A DNA stretch of 64,000 bases, taken from contig NC_043007.1 in the NCBI RefSeq assembly GCF_006345805.1, positions 45,942,001 to 46,006,000 on the forward strand, in the 5' to 3' direction. The position numbers and the translations under genes were made by a program. The notes below the pieces were generated by a model. That model was given only the letters and a program-made list of their open reading frames with translations, was not told the origin of the DNA and did no database searches. The DNA is from Octopus sinensis (Eukaryota). Positions 37,264-51,248 of the stretch are shown here, one piece after another; positions within the stretch are counted from its first letter, which is position 1; each line of letters opens with the position of its first letter.

Positions 37264-37315
37264 GCGCTACTTATAGTTTCATGTGTCTGAAAATTTAAAC
37301 ACGTTCTTCAGGCGC
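37264..37315 (-). ncRNA. Minimal type-I hammerhead ribozyme with intact catalytic core
   Basis: Minus: GCGC CTGAAGA ACGTGT ttaaattttcag ACACAT GAA ACT ata AGT A GCGC. Stem I 4 GC pairs, stem II 5 of 6 pairs, stem III 3 bp, GUA triplet. Confidence 0.8.
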
Positions 37316-38822
37316 AGACCACTTTTCGTGCTGGACTAAGAACTTTAAATATGGCGTGGAACGTGAGAAAATGCGAAGAAACGTGAAAAAAGAGTAGCAT
37401 ATAGAAAATCCTAGCTTATAAGCGACAAACGAATCTAGGAAACCTGATGTAAATATAAATAATGTACGAAATTAAATGTAAATTGTGTAAGGAGACTAAA
37501 AATGTATATAAAAAATAATGTATAAAATATAAGGTAAAAATGTAGCAGTATAAATATAAGAAATATCGGCAATCTGAAAATTTATGAAGTTTTATACGAT
37601 AAAAAATATAAAGGATACAAAATAGACCTAAGGAATACTAAAATATACTAAGTACTTAAGCAACAATATTTGACTATCGCCAGATCGAATGCTCTCTGTT
37701 GAATTATACCACGGATCAATACATTATACATACATATATATATATATAGTGAAAAAGAATAAAAGAAGGAAAGTGTGAAAGCAAAAAAACGAAAAAGTTA
37801 AACTGTGAAAGACGAAATAGATATAGAGATAGGTAGGTAAGATTATTCATTCTAGGGCAAAGTTTCACAAGCCTAACATTGAATTCAGCAGTCAACGTAA
37901 GCTCGCTTGACTAACGTAATTTATGTGATATCATTTTTCCAAACTTTCCAAATAGATATGTTCCTGCAAACAGTTTGATCATATCACATACACTAGACGA
38001 AACATCTTTTGGGAAATTCTTCGAAAGAATCAGACACACAGATTACAACTAAAACAGAGACGGTTATCTTAGGATTGCTTTTGGCAGAGTATTTAGAGCG
38101 TAGTAATTTAATTATTTGTGGTAATCTTTGTCCTTTACTTTCTTAATTCAAATATCGCCGAAGTTAACTATGCTCTTGCATTTTTGTTTAGTGTGGGGTG
38201 GGGCGATAAAATATAGTATCTTTTGAATGAGGGACATCAACTAAATTGTCTTCCCCGAAATTGGTAGTCCTAAGTTTAGGTTAGAACAGTTATAGAGATG
38301 ATAATATGTGGCAGTTGAATGTTAATGAGAGACTTGGAAATAATACATCTTCCGCTGTAAGTATATAAAAGGAATCTACTGAAATAAAATAACAGCTACA
38401 ATGAAACAGTATTTTAAAATTAGTTTCATTGGCATTACTGAACTTATAAATTAATGAATAAATTTTTGAATCGAAATTTTAAATTTCAAATTGCATTCTA
38501 TGGTGTAGTTGGCATTATAAACATTACGCAGCAAAAAAAAAAAAAGAAAGAAAAATTGATACATCCTTAGTAAATGGAAATATCGTTACGCTAACGTCGT
38601 ATTCATTGGTCAGGATACATTCCTTCCCGTGGTAGAGATTATAAAACTTCTGAAACATCTTCGTACGTATATCCAAACCCTATAAATCATATCTACATAG
38701 AGCTACATATATTTTAGTACACTGAACATAAGGGAAGTTGGTGAATATATGTATTCAATGTAAATATTAAGGCAAAATTTTATATTCAAAACAGTAATGA
38801 ATGTGGATTTGCTGCAGCCTAC

Positions 38823-38867
38823 GTTCATGAATAGCAGCAAGAACTTCCGATTTATGTATCTCCAAAA
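38823..38867 (-). CDS. Weak candidate 45-nt exon of the minus-strand host gene
   Basis: cttaacag|TT TTG GAG...GAA C|gtaggc; LEIHKSEVLAAIHE, phase 1-1. Confidence 0.25.
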
Positions 38868-39029
38868 CTGTTAAGTTCATTTCAAAGAATACTCGAACAG
38901 CATTCGGGTATAATTAGAGACTATATTAAGTTATCTTCTGATTATAGGACTTAAATTTTCTGAATAAATTTTAGCGTTAAAATTCAAATAACATTCCACT
39001 TGTTACTTGATTCACAAAAACAAATACGA

Positions 39030-39086
<57 letters not shown>

Positions 39087-39136
39087 TATATATATTATAT
39101 ATATTATATATATATATTATATATATATATATATAA

Positions 39137-39170
<34 letters not shown>

Positions 39171-39174
<4 letters not shown>

Positions 39175-39279
39175 ACAAAAATACAAACTGGGACAAGAAC
39201 GCAAAACATTTAGAAGACGATACAAAAAACACGGACGGGGCATTCGAAGCCTTCAATATTCAGTCAAGAACCGGATCAT
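39171..39279. repeat. Interspersed repeat abutting microsatellites; second copy at 41415-41560
   Basis: aaaaatac.aactgggacaagaacg.aaaacatttagaagac...cattcgaagccttcaat.ttcagtcaagaa.cggatcat is shared by both copies. Confidence 0.9.
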
Positions 39280-39296
39280 GCATATATAGGCAAATA

Positions 39297-39668
39297 GGAG
39301 GCGCAATGGCCCAATGATTACGGCAGCGGAATCGCGGTCGTAGGATCACGGTTTCGATTCCCAGACCGGGCGTTGTGAGTGTTTATTGAGCAAAATCACC
39401 TAAAGTTCCACGGGGCGTCGGCAGGGGATGGCGGCGAACCTTGCTGTACTCTTTCACCACAAGTTTCTCTCACTCTTCCTTCCTCTATCTGTTGTACTTG
39501 TAAGCCAAGGTGCCAGCCTTGTCACACTCTGTGTCACGTTGAATCTCCCCGAGAACTACGTGTCTGTGGAGTGCTCAGCCACTTGCACGTTAATTTCACG
39601 AGCAGACTGTTCCGTTGCTCGGATCAACTGCAACCCTCGTCTTCGTGACCGACGTAGTCCCAACAATA
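39297..39668 (+). mobile_element. Near full-length tRNA-derived SINE (third family)
   Basis: GGAGGCGCAATGGCCCAATGATTA...GGTTTCGATTCCCAGACC tRNA-like head with A/B boxes, GC-rich body, ends before (CA)n. Confidence 0.85.
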
Positions 39669-39997
39669 CAGGCAAAAATCACACACACACACACACATAC
39701 ACACACACACACACACACATATATAAATATATATATATATATATATATGAGAAGGTACCTAAGAAGCACCAGCTTTGCTAAAATTGGGAGTAAAAATATT
39801 CCAAAGCCACAAGAATTAACACTAGATTTTTACTCATATTTTTAGCAAAGCTGGTGGTCCTTAGTGCCCTTCTTATATATAATTCTTGTATACATCTATC
39901 AATTTTGACTACTGTTTTAGGCTTCGGCCACTAACATTGTTTTCTCTCAAGAGTAATAATGTCCTTTATATATTTGTATCTCTCTCTCTCTCTTTCT

Positions 39998-40030
<33 letters not shown>

Positions 40031-40129
40031 ATCGGTTCATTTCCGTTATTTCTTTTATTCCTTTCAGTCATATTGGAACACTACCGTGATTTTGTACCTT
40101 TTCCAACTTCTTCGTTCTTTGGCTGGTTT

Positions 40130-41180
40130 ATGTTGGTGTATAACGCAGTTTGTACTCATCTGTACTTTATGCCGGAACATTGATTCGCCTAGTATCTTTC
40201 ACAAGAGAGTAACCAGTTCATTTAATAAAACATCCACAACAACGTTGTCTCGGTTCCTTAAATTTGGCATAGCGTTGAAGAGCTGCGGTCCTTTAAACTA
40301 TAGGCTATTGAAGAATCTGGTTCTGACATTAGATTGGGTGGGCGGTACCTTTTGATACAACACAATGGCGTCTACTTTGAGAATTTGCATAATGCCGAAA
40401 TTAGGTACCAATGATTTGAGAATTTTCCATTCGTAAATTGTAACAAATCTCTCGGGTTTCGCTTCACGGAGTAAACTAGTTTTTCAACATCTCGCTGTAT
40501 TTCATCGGCTACACTCTTACAGTATCTTCAGTGTAGTAAAGTTGGATTGCTTCACGATCAACGTTTAGTTTAGCACTATGTGGTTACCATAGCTGAAATC
40601 AATATTCCAACCTACCGAGAACAAATGACTTTCACATAGTCAACATAATTTCTTGGTTTCTTGTCCTGAAGGGCCATAGCATCCACCCTGGTAATTATCT
40701 ACACTTTGTTCTCATCTTGGTTAATATGCAAATGAAATGATGTATCATTAAGCATATTGATCCCAAGATCTCTCACTGTCTGTTATTCAGGGATTGCTGT
40801 GTTTTCGGTTTATATTCATGCAGTGTATTTGAGAATTGATAGCACAGTACTTGACATCTTCCAACGTTAAACTGCATATCGTTTTCCTCAGGCTCTTGTA
40901 CATTGCTCAGTCCCGCTGTAATTTTGCGAATTCATCAGTTTTCATAATGCCTTTAATTATTTTGTATCATCGGCGAAACTACTAACATTGATTGTCTGAA
41001 GAAACATCAGCATGTCTAAGAGAGATACTATAAACAATAATAGCCCCAATACAGTTCCCTTGGGACACCGCTCAGAATTTGTTTCCTTAGAAAGAATACA
41101 CTTGGCTAGAAATATTTGATTTCGTTATCTTAGAAAGTCATGCAGCCTCTTATGAAAGGTCATTCCCAAGTCGCATAGAT
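40130..41180 (-). mobile_element. CR1-type LINE RT 3' part, decayed
   Basis: Minus frames give SGVP(Q)GTVLGLLLFI..SSFADDTK and RDLGINM..D.SF, plus C-terminal SFNYSGPQLFNAMPNL-like text. Confidence 0.85.
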
Positions 41181-41320
41181 ATCTGAATAGTCGAGCAGCT
41201 ACTTCAAAATGTAGTTATACACACACACACACGCGCACACCCGCAAACACACACACACACACGTACGCACAGACATTCATACGCATAAATATATATATAT
41301 ATACATATATGCATGCATAC

Positions 41321-41407
<87 letters not shown>

Positions 41408-41414
41408 ATTATAT

Positions 41415-41559
41415 ATAGAAAAATACGAACTGGGACAAGAACGTAAAACATTTAGAAGACACTACAAAAAACAGGGACGGGACATTCGAAGCCTTCAATC
41501 TTCAGTCAAGAATCGGATCATCCTCGCAATTTCGGCTGATTAATCTGAAGAATAAAAGA

Positions 41560-41560
<1 letters not shown>
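41415..41560. repeat. Second copy of the 39171-39279 repeat
   Basis: High similarity by eye to 39171-39279; extends further (tcctcgcaatttcggctgattaatc). Confidence 0.9.
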
Positions 41561-41657
<97 letters not shown>

Positions 41658-42082
41658 GATGAGTAAATACGGATGAAATTATCGAGGCTAGTACCGTATG
41701 TACACTCAATGATAAGTCGAGTTCAGGCTCATCGCATCGAGTAGTGAGGATCATCTAGGACTACTTAGAGTGAACAATCCCACTATAAATCCCACGAGGA
41801 AACCTAGGTTCGATTCTCTGGAATATGTGCATTTTCATGAGTATAAATTCAAGACATTTAAAATGAATATAGAGACTGATATAGTTAATTATACAGCATT
41901 ACTGATATAGTTAATTATACAGCATTACTGATACAGCAGATTATACAGCATAATCGCTTTAGATATGTCTTATATCTAAACCAGTTATGCTGTATAATTA
42001 AAGCTGTCAAAATAAAAATTAGAATAAAAAACATGCAAATGTTCCATTCTCCGTATGCATTGTAATTGTCTTATCTATCTAG

Positions 42083-42119
<37 letters not shown>

Positions 42120-42131
42120 ATATATATATAT

Positions 42132-42663
42132 AAAGTTAGTGTACATTTATACACAAAAGAGGTGATCCTAACAGGTCACCTTACATGTTAAAAGGAGCAG
42201 TCAAAGCTCAAATCATGGTTAAGAGTAATTTCGAAAAGGATGAAAAATAAAAGCATTTTCAATAGTTACCCCTTGTACTCAGGTTTCAAACATTAATGGA
42301 CAAATAAAATAATTTGCTATCCGTGTTCTTCATCAGCAAAAGCGCTACAATTACCGTATAATTATGAGACAAATAGACAGCACATGTCTCATCTTTATAC
42401 ATTATAATTTCTGAAATCCACCGCGCAGGTGCAATTATAGACGGCAGGAAATAAAAAATGTGTGCCAACTTCCTTCAAAATGACTGAAATCATATTGAGA
42501 AAAAATTTATAGGGTAGAAAAATGGGAAAAACTATAATGTACAAGCATGAGACATGTACTGTCTATTTGTATCATAATTGTGGTTTGGGCTTTGATTGTT
42601 CCTTTTAGCACGTAAGGTGTCCTGTCAGGATCACCTCTTTTATGTATAAATGTACACTAACTT
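42132..42663. mobile_element. Foldback/MITE with nested inverted repeats
   Basis: Outer arms 42132-42216 / 42581-42663 (aagttagtgtacatttatac..aaaagaggtgatcct..). Inner arms ~42360-42410 / 42531-42579. Confidence 0.82.
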
Positions 42664-42747
42664 CGTATGAAAACTATGTTGTCTATTGAATATTTTATGC
42701 ATGCTGGCCACTGGTAGAAAATTTTTCTAATTTTTCTACCCTATATA

Positions 42748-43303
42748 TTAGGTCATCCCGTAAGTTCTGTCCGATTTTACCTTTTTTAAAATTGAATAAA
42801 ATTTAATACTATTTTAGGATGTCTAATGGAATTTAAAATGATTGTTATGCGTTTGTGTACATTTAAAGTAATTAAATATTATTTTACAGAATAATAGAAT
42901 TGAAATGTCTTTCATTAAAACCCTTTCTAACATGGAAGTATCCAAAGAGCATTTGAGGCACATAATGCTTTATGAGTACAAAAAGGCAAACTCTGCAGTC
43001 AAAGCGACTCTAAACAATCACTCAGTTTATGGGAAAAAATACTTGGATGAAAGAACTTGCAGAAGATGGTTTGCAAAATTCAGAAGCGGAGATTTCTGCC
43101 TTGAAGATGAAAATCGAACAGGACGTCCAGTTGAGTTTCATGATAAGCTCCTTGAGGCATTACTTGAAGAAAATCCTGCGTGATCAGTTACAAAATTGGC
43201 AATAAAGCTTAGTTCAAACCATACAATTGTTCATTGTCATCTTCAAAAACTTGAAAAAGTTCCTAAACTTGGAAAATGGGTGCCTCATGAAATGTTTGAA
43301 AGC
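42748..43303 (+). mobile_element. Mariner 5' fragment (second mariner family)
   Basis: TA-TTAGGTCATCCCGTAAG TIR. MEVSKEHLRHIMLYEYKK...CRRWFAKFRSGDFCLEDENRTGRP...KLGKWVPHE (WVPHEL motif), ATG at 42932. Confidence 0.92.
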
Positions 43304-43312
43304 ATATATATA

Positions 43313-43950
43313 TGAGAAAAAAGGACAAGAATCTGGGAAGGACGGCTATCTCAAGTCATTTAGAATATTTAATTAGAGTAAGGTGAATTTGAGTTAATTA
43401 ATTAATTAGTTAAGAAATTTATCAATTAATTATTGGACGTCTTACATCTGTTTCTGGGATATCTCAACTGATATGTTACCATTTCCATATACGGAGATAT
43501 GGTGAATACGTATGAAAATTCTAGACAGGGAATTCAGTTTATAAAGGAATAGTCTAGTAGATAGAAAAATAAATTGCAAAAGAGTAGATAGAAGAATATA
43601 GACAGGAGAAAAATTTCCACAGATCCTGTTTGTATTCTTCTATCTACTTTATTCTCTTGCTTGTATCTTCTGTTTTAATCTATTCTTCTATCGACTATTT
43701 TGTTCCTTTATAAACTGTGAATTACATTTCTAGAACTTTCATACTAACTCAATTTGTCTCTAATGACGGAATACCCGCTGTATGGAGATGCTAACCTATC
43801 ACTTGCGATATCCCAGAAACAACTGTAAGACATCCATTAATTAATTAATTAATTAATTAGTTATCTCAAATTTAACTTATTCTAATTAAATATTCGAAAT
43901 GATTTGAGATACTCATCTTGCTTTGGTTTTTGTTGTCCTTTACCCTCTGA
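43313..43950. mobile_element. Large foldback element (about 300-bp arms), related to 16261-16592
   Basis: Arms ~43313-43608 / 43624-43950 are imperfect reverse complements. Shares GTCTTACA..TGTTTCTGGGAT and TGACGGAATA with the 16.3-kb element. Confidence 0.82.
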
Positions 43951-44098
43951 TATATACCTGATATCTCGGAAGCCTACTACGGAACCCTAGGTCTAGCCTC
44001 AGCTGTGAACTTGGAACCTAATGGATGGATGACCAATTATAGCACTTACACAGTGTACCTATTCGTTTAGATCACCAGTGGATTAAGCCCCTCATATC

Positions 44099-44143
<45 letters not shown>

Positions 44144-44622
44144 CGAGTGTGTGTATGTGTGTTTGTGTGTGCATGTATGTGAGTGTGTGCATGCGTGTGT
44201 GTGTGTATGTGTACCTGTGTGTGTTTTATTGAACCAGAAATTATCACAGACTTTAACTTAGAGATCCATGTAACATATCAGAAAGAAATCTAGTGATCGA
44301 TTTCATCAAATTCTGAGTAACATTTTATGACAGTATTCAGTTACAACGTTATATTTTAATCTGCATGTTTATTCGAGCACTATTTCTCCACCTTGCTTGC
44401 TCAATTATGCTCACATATATGTTCAGACGGACATATATATTGTATACGCATCCATAACGTTGTGAACTGTATGATTTGTATTCCCATGTATATCAGGAGG
44501 TGTCTCTAACTTGAACATATCATGTTGCCATTTCTTATCGTCCGTTTATATGTATATATTTATATATATATATATATATAAGTACAAGCACATAAATACA
44601 TGCATAGATACATACATATATG

Positions 44623-44696
<74 letters not shown>

Positions 44697-46480
44697 TTTT
44701 ATAGTGTATTTCAGTGTTAAACATTCAAATTATGAAGAAATGTTCGTACTAAAATTAAATGCAATATATATATTCGTATAAATGACGAAAGTGAATGAGA
44801 AACCTGTATGAGTTCATCCAATAAACAATATATTCAAAAGAGTAATATTTTTGAATACTACGATAGTGAAAGGAAATGTTTATCCATTAGACTGGAATAG
44901 CAAAGGAAATATTTGCAGATTGCCTGGAACAAAATATCATTTACATTGAACAAATGAGGGAAACGATGCCATCTGCTCTATTCATGTGAAGAACGACTAT
45001 TTAACATAACGGATCACGGTAATTATGTTTGCAACTCACTCCATTTTGCGATTTTGCTTGGAATTCCAATAGCCTGCTTTGAAAATATTTGATATTTAAC
45101 GAATAGAAATATATGGTGTAATATCCGTAATTCCAGTAGAGAAATTTCAAGACGAGTGATTAAGGGGCTAAAGGGATGTGCCTCTATCAAATATTGTCTC
45201 ATTACGAAATTTGCTTGATTAGAATATTTAACTAATGAGCATATGCTAAAGGAAAAGTACATGGTTTTCGTGTCAGGATTTTAATCTAAGTCATGTTGGG
45301 GTTGTTGTTAGCGTAAATCGGAAATAATCGTTGCCAATTATCCTTCTGAAATGACTCAATCAATTATAGAGAAAATCATTATAGAATATATAATGTAGCT
45401 GTAATGTAGATATACAAATGCATCACAGTTTCAAACTTATTACTCGAAAAGAAACCATGTACAGACAGTAGGAATTGAGGCAGTGCTTGCCACAATACTG
45501 CATATAGGTCTTTTACCACCAGAAGCTTCATAAGGAGCCGATGAATCGAAGGCAAATATAAAACGTCCCGATATCGGCGACTCTAAGTGGTTACTCGTAT
45601 TACTAGAATGTAACAGCACATTCTCCCTCAAATCATCCTGCCATCGTAAGGAAAATTGAATAACATGTGGTGTAAAGTAGTCCAAAATATAATATAGTCA
45701 ATAGTCATAAATCTGATTAGTCAAGTCTGATATGTAGCTGAAAACGAAACATTGCAAACAAGGAACTATGGAGTAAAAGAAACAGAAGAGCCGAAATATT
45801 CGCCAAAATTAATAATAGATTAAAAGTTATGAGTTCAAATCTCAATTGAGTGGCTCTTCGTTTTCCCCAAATTAGAATTTGTCAGCTACGCATCGATAAC
45901 AGAGTAGAAGCAGAGGAGGACTATCTAAAAATATCTTAATCTGTCTTGTAAAACAAGTGTGGTCTTAGTTAAAGAGTATCCATTTGAACATAACATTGTT
46001 AAATGTCACATCGTATTTTAATAAGGTTATTATGTCTCTATTTCAATTCCATCATAAAATGTCAAATCAAAGTTTGATTTGATTTTTACCGAAGAATCAA
46101 GATGTGCTAAATTGCATTTTTAACCTTTTGGCTTCCATTGATTTTAACAGCACAACGATTGGGTATATAACTGGAAATACTCTGCAGCAGTCGTCCAGCT
46201 GGGGAAAATTAATCAATTGAAAACGATCGATATATCCGTATTCTGTACATTTCATTTGGGTGTGATTCAACTGAATATGGAGTTTTGAGGATACGTCTGT
46301 TTTAATATATTGTCAGCTTGGCTTGTGCAACATTCGCACTGATGTGTGAGATACTTCTCGAATTATAACTCAAGATATAGTGTACTTGCCATCTACTAAA
46401 ATATTATTTGAAAGAATTAAGGTTTTACATATTCGTTTTATTTCCACGGAGAAGTGTTAAACGAATTATTGTTACCTCAC

Positions 46481-46571
46481 CTTGTGATTGTCGTCTCTTG
46501 GTTCCGCAGCAGACATAGAAAAATGCAAGCGAGTGAGAAAAACAAGAAAATCGAATACCCTCAGTCTTCCA
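46481..46571 (-). CDS. Candidate exon of the minus-strand host gene
   Basis: ttttatctctctctgctgcttgtaccag|T GGA...CAC AAG|gtgagg; 91 nt: GRLRVFDFLVFLTRLHFSMSAAEPRDDNHK, phase 2-0. Confidence 0.4.
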
Positions 46572-47550
46572 CTGGTACAAGCAGCAGAGAGAGATAAAAG
46601 GCAAACTTTCCGCCAGTGGCATTTGAACTCAATTCGTGGAGAGCAGAATAAAATACAGTGAACTTTTCTGCCAGAGCTCCTGACCAATCTGACTACTTGA
46701 TACATTGTTTATTTTACTGAAACTGTACGACACAACGAAATTAATGATGGCCCACTTTGGTAAAAACAAGTACAGAAATTTACAGAATAGATTAAAGAAA
46801 ACTTTATCCGAAGAAGTTGCCATGTTTACTTATTTTGATGGATGCTACTAGAATTCGATTGGATTAAAAAAAAATTTATATATCCTCAGTGCAAAATATT
46901 TATTCTTCTTTGTGACGCAATTGACGCTTATTTTCCTGTCATCTATAGTTCTGTATAGGTTTGTCATCTAAACATGACCATCTCTTCTTTATCTTGTGAA
47001 TGTTTTTGGAGTTTTAAACTCTAACAGTTTAAACCATTTTGCAGAAAGCTGTGAATGGTATTTCACTTTTTATTTACTACAGTTGTAGAATAGGCAAGAA
47101 CCAGCTGGGCAGAGACAAAATAACTTTTGTTTTGTTATAACTCATATGATATTCATATTCATATTTTAAACACTGTCTTAATTATAGATAAGTTCCTCGT
47201 TAGCAACAAACGTGGTCGGCAAATGGTCCGCTATAAATGTAATTGATTGCTTTTCTATATAACGCCTTGGGGAATAAAAGGATATTTCCTTGAAAAATGA
47301 GGAAGCAGAGGAATCCTAAGTGGGTACGTTTATATGCAAGATATAGTAGCCAAATGTTTTAAAAGTAATAGTCAACTGACTTCAAGTCCCTTCCAACACA
47401 TGGCTATGATTCTTTCCTATTATTTCTGCTCATGATCAGTGATGACAATATTGCCAGCCACTAAGGGGCATGCTCAAGTGGTTAAGGTCAAGCGATTAGC
47501 AAACATATCTGTGGTACTGAACAGAATATTTGCAAAAACGTTATTTCTAC

Positions 47551-47653
47551 TGCAGCAACTTAGTGCTGAATCTGTCTTTCGAAACAAGGATGTCCGGATC
47601 ACAAAAGCAAAGTTTGAAGGGAATAGTGATCATTTCATCATTGACTTTGATTT
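47551..47653 (-). CDS. Candidate exon of the minus-strand host gene
   Basis: atttcttatgtgcttctatctag|AA ATC...CTG CA|gtagaa; 103 nt: IKVNDEMITIPFKLCFCDPDILVSKDRFSTKLL, phase 1-2, joins in frame to 46571. Confidence 0.4.
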
Positions 47654-48379
47654 CTAGATAGAAGCACATAAGAAATAACACTTACTGACCAAAGAAGAAA
47701 AAGAATTAGAATTTTGTTACAAAGGTTACAGAACAGATCAAATAGGAAGGGTCTCCAAAACAAGAAGTTCAACAATAGTATCAGTAAAAATTTAACGAAA
47801 AAAGAGAACAATACAACATAAAACACAGAATTATACTACAACATTTTATTATTCTGTTTTAAGCAACATTGTATGCAAGGGTTATCTGTAAATATATTAA
47901 CACAAGGCTCAATTTTTAATAATTTATCTGACATCAGTTGCGTTCAACAAAATAAGTAATAATAAGAATAAGAGAAATTTACTGCTACACTATACCGTTT
48001 GTAGGAAAACAATACCGAAGAGAAGTGAAGAAATTAAAAAAAGTTGCAAAAAATTTTGAAGTTCTTATCTGTTTCGTTGACTCCATTGGTTACAGATAAT
48101 ACTTATAATACCTAGAATTAAAAACAGCCCTTATCACACTTTTAAATGTACGATTGTGGTAATTATAGGCCGTATAGAGAATATGATATACATTTTTTAT
48201 AGGTGTTTCATTATATAAAACCTACGAGTTACCAACATTTCTACCATCATATTTAGACACATAACAATAAAGATAATTACAATCGTCGAGGGACGAAAAA
48301 CATATCTATAAAACATTGTTGTTTCAGACGTAACATAATCATTATCACGAAGTTGTGCGTGCGTGTGTGAGCGTATAAG

Positions 48380-48411
<32 letters not shown>

Positions 48412-48428
48412 ATATATATATATATTAT

Positions 48429-48480
<52 letters not shown>

Positions 48481-48481
48481 C

Positions 48482-48579
<98 letters not shown>

Positions 48580-49015
48580 ATATACGTACATATATATACT
48601 AGGCGGTCAAACAACTCGTAAGAAACGTGTGTTATCAGTTTAGATAAGTAAATAATGATAAGAAAGATGCAAGATAGAAATGTTGAATAAAGAATTTATT
48701 TTACTTTCGGCAAATCAAATAAATTATGTATATGTTAAACTGATATGACAAAAAGCAAATAAAAATGTTTGTATATATATGTAGCCACCCACTCATCAAA
48801 GCACACTCATACACATGTGTGTACATATGTTTCGGCTCTGAAGTACTAATATATGTGTGTTTGGACTTACAAGTAGGAGTAAAATATAATTTAAATGTTA
48901 ATCAATTATATACACATACATAAATTCGTACGTACATACATAGATACTTACATTCATACATATACACAGACATGCAGGAAGTAAATAGACACCTTTCACT
49001 TTCAATGATAACTGC

Positions 49016-49330
49016 ATGCTACTTCGGATTAACCCTGGCATTAAGTGTAGAATTCGAAATGTAGTTTACAGTATAAGATGTATAGACATGAACATGACGT
49101 ACATAGGGGAGACATCTAGGAGCATTGCGGAGCAACTGAATGAACATTTGAGACAATATGTCGACAAAAACAGTCCTCCATACTCTACCAACATGCCAAA
49201 GACCACCATGGAGGCTACTTGGGTCAACTTGACATCCGCATCTTATCCAAGTATCCAAAAGACCTAACACTCAGACAAATACGAGAGTAGATCATTATAA
49301 GTGAAACTTTCCCAACACTAAATAGGAAAT
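49016..49330 (+). mobile_element. Penelope-like GIY-YIG endonuclease fragment
   Basis: CRIRNVVYSIRCIDMNMTYIGETSRSIAEQLNEH, then after a frameshift LYQHAKDHH...DLTLRQIRESRSL-like C-terminus. Confidence 0.88.
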
Positions 49331-49419
49331 ATACATAGTAGATATCATACTTCCCAGCCCACAATTTACACAGGCTGAATAGAATAGTTAGTGGACTGCT
49401 ATGTAGGTAGATGTATGTA

Positions 49420-49452
<33 letters not shown>

Positions 49453-49819
49453 ACATGTATGTAATACTATGGATATGAAAATAAAAAGATCAACATACAG
49501 ACGGATAGGTACATAGGTTATAGGAACAGACAAGCAAACATACACAAATGAAATGGAAGCTGAATCACATGACCATATATACACACACACTTTACTCTAC
49601 ACAAGGACAGATGTCGAGACACTTGTCCTACATATAGAGATGCACATCCATACATACAAACATGGTACATAGTCGCAAAACACACACACACACAAGGAGA
49701 CAGACGTGCATACATATACAAACACACGCTCACACACACATACATAAAAAATATATACACATGGACATGCAAGCACATGAATATGCATACATACAGATGC
49801 ACACCCATACATACATCTT

Positions 49820-50200
49820 TTTTGCAATCGTTCTGTTGTGCAATCCACATAAATCATTTTGTGTTTGGTGCATTCCGCTGCATACACGAAATCGGAATCC
49901 TTACAGGTTCCTTCTGTGTAAATCATAACATTTCTGTTATAATTCTTGATGTAATTGGTCTGACACATGTTATTGCACATCGAACTTGGCTCACCTCTCT
50001 TATGGGTGTTTCTTGGGTGCAAGGTTTAGAAACTGCAATGGTGTTTTTATTAGAGGAACTGGTCAATATTTCTCTAATATTTCTATCACGTCTAAAGACT
50101 ACAATAAGCAGAAGAGGCAAGATTTGTCTGAAACGAGGATATTTTTTCTGAAATATGTTGGTAACTGTCATGTAACACTTTTGAAATGCCGGCAAAACTT
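49820..50200 (-). mobile_element. Penelope-like (Neptune-type) linker + GIY-YIG fragment
   Basis: LIVVFRRDRNIREIL..SKPC Cys-linker and GTCKDSDFVYAAECTKHKMIYVDCTTERL (cf. TC...NVVY...C....YVG.T). Confidence 0.82.
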
Positions 50201-50229
50201 CGGTGCCAATTAATCACTAAAGGAATACG

Positions 50230-50640
50230 GCTAAATGCTCTTTTCTGGCTGCTAAAATCAGGATCGATAAAATATTTAGCGGCTGAACAGTGAGATCGAT
50301 GTCATCGACTCATCTCCCCCAAAATCGCTGCCCTTGTCGCAAAATTTGAAATAATTATAATTACGGCAGCAAGCAGGCAGATTCGTTAGCAAGCCGGGTA
50401 GAATGATCAAGTACTAGTTGTGTACTGGGGTCGGTGTAATCTCCGTACCCTCTCCCCAATTGCTGGCCTCAGATACAGTAAATATATTATTGTTGTTATT
50501 ATTACGGTAGTGAAATGACAGACTCGTTCGCACGCCGCGGCATTTCGTCCGTTTTTACCTCCTGAGTTCAAAATTCACCAAGGTCGACTTTGCCTTCATT
50601 CCCTTTGGGGCCGAAATCGCAGGTCTTGTGCCCAAATATG
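50230..50640 (+). mobile_element. Cluster of three partial GGCGGCGAGC-family SINE copies
   Basis: Repeated heads (ggcagcaagcaggcagattcgttagc; ggtagtgaaatgacagactcgttcgc) and bodies (aggtcgactttgcc; cttgtgcccaaa). Confidence 0.75.
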
Positions 50641-50806
50641 AGACTATGATTAACCCTTTGAGCCCGTAACACCAGTTTACCGGCGGATGTCGTCTTATAT
50701 CTCTCTATACCGTAGCACCGGTGGACAAAACAATGTACATGTTAACACTTCCAATCAGTTAAGATCAGAAGCTACGAGTGCCACTGTCTGGTACTGCATC
50801 AAGGCA

Positions 50807-51044
<238 letters not shown>

Positions 51045-51248
51045 AATATTCAATCGTAGATATACTATTGTAGCTTATTGAAATGCTTTCCACAAATAAC
51101 TGATTGAAACTGTGTTTCTGTCATATTTCTTCATCAATTTCTCTTTTATTCTTCAACACACATGGTCCAGAATATGGAATAGGTAAATTTATCACATTAC
51201 ATATTCAGAATTATTGACTCAGACAATGTGTTTCAAAGTGTTGAAAAA

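Noticed and set aside
50650-50700. TTAA-CCCTTT piggyBac-like end
   Set aside because: No matching opposite TIR found in the window.
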